Assembly: GCA_965285935.1 (NCBI GenBank)
Contig: OZ260664.1
Coordinates: 12,276,001 to 12,340,000 of the forward strand
Source of the DNA: Ophelia neglecta
Lineage: Eukaryota
Reading direction: 5' to 3'
Length of the DNA stretch: 64,000 nucleotides
The position numbers and the translations under genes are program-made. Positions 63,020-64,000 of the stretch are shown in pieces (the first letter of the stretch is position 1; every line of letters starts with the position of its first letter). Under the pieces are notes generated by a model, which saw only the letters and a list, made by a program, of their open reading frames with translations, was not told the DNA's origin and did no database searches.

Positions 63020-64000
63020 ACATAGGCATATTATGTGAAATTACATCGATCGATAGACAGCATAGAAGCACTTCGAGCAACAGATCTATTTCGAGGATAA
63101 CATGATACAGTGACATTTGGGAGGTAAATTATAAAGGGAGAAATGACACATCCAGTGGGAAGGACATTTGCTAACCACTGTACTTTTTAATGATATTTGT
63201 ATTTATAATATTTCATGAACGTTACTAATGAATATTAGTTTTGAAAGCTGAAGCAGAAATCATTTAAGTGAGAATTATATCATTGTACGAGTTTTAGGAA
63301 TTAATGTCTCATAAGCGAAGGCAATGAATTAATTTGAATTATTGTTAATAAAGTTTTTGGAAGAAACACGGTCACATTTAACATTTGTATTATCCCAATA
63401 ATTAATTGTGTGCATTATTATGGCAAGGTGGGAGGAAAATTGGGTGTAAGGGGGGAGGGGGGTTAAAAGAGTTTTTCCCTAGGTGTCAAGAACGTGTTTC
63501 AGACTTTGACTGAGTGAAGGGATCAAGGATATTTTTCCCTTTCTTCCGCCAAGAAGCCCTATCGCACATAAATATTATAATGCTTAGACAACGTAAAATA
63601 CTGCCGTCTGCTGCATGGAGTTTGCTCTGGCTGCAAAATAATGCTGTTATTTACGCTGTGTCTGCTGCACTGTACAGCAGTTCATTTGATGTGCAATTGC
63701 TCCGAGGGCACTGCGTACATGTATCGCACACAATTCTGACTAATAATATGTGTGCGCTGGTGTCCCTGGGAAAGCAATTTGTGCCTTCCAGGCACTCGTT
63801 ATTTCCAGTCCATTATTTACTATAGGGAACGAAACCTCATAAATTATCCTACCCTCATGGATAGAGTGGAAATAAGTGTTGCCAATAGGATGCCCGTGGG
63901 CCGGGACAGTAGTTCCAGCTGACCTATAATTTAGACTCGTGGCGGCTGGGCTATTCACGGCTGAAATCACAAACCCATGGCAACGGGTGGTCACGGTTAA

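Noticed and set aside
62774-63116. Gly/Pro-rich overlapping ORFs
   Set aside because: They arise from the poly-G and poly-C runs of a MITE.

Overview
AT-rich eukaryotic (animal, probably marine invertebrate/lophotrochozoan; inferred from repeat types) genomic DNA. The centre of the window (9980-37398) is a four-unit tandem array (6.4-7.3 kb units, A-B-A-B). Each unit carries an iodothyronine-deiodinase-like selenoprotein gene with an intronless CDS. The ORF track splits these genes because the active-site codon in FGSCT-U-PPF is an in-frame TGA (selenocysteine). Copies 1 (14052-14873) and 2 (21363-22184) are intact 273-aa selenoproteins. Copy 3 has a 772-bp deletion ending exactly at the Sec codon. 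Copy 4 has a frameshift and a premature TAG. Eleven SECIS-like hairpins (ATGA-N11-AAA...GA) are spread through the array: two tandem copies in the 3' UTR of genes 1, 2 and 4 (one in gene 3) plus an orphan copy at the head of every unit. Diverged ghost copies of the deiodinase upstream region lie to the left of the array. A young 5'-truncated LINE sits in three of the four units, and the array's right breakpoint falls in a Gypsy integrase relic. To the right are a GT31 beta-1,3-galactosyltransferase-like gene (+) and a 5-exon CCR4/nocturnin/Angel/PDE12-family EEP phosphatase gene (-) with a His-to-Gln change at a conserved active-site position. Many SINE, LINE and MITE remnants are also present. 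All calls were made by eye; no database search or folding program was run.
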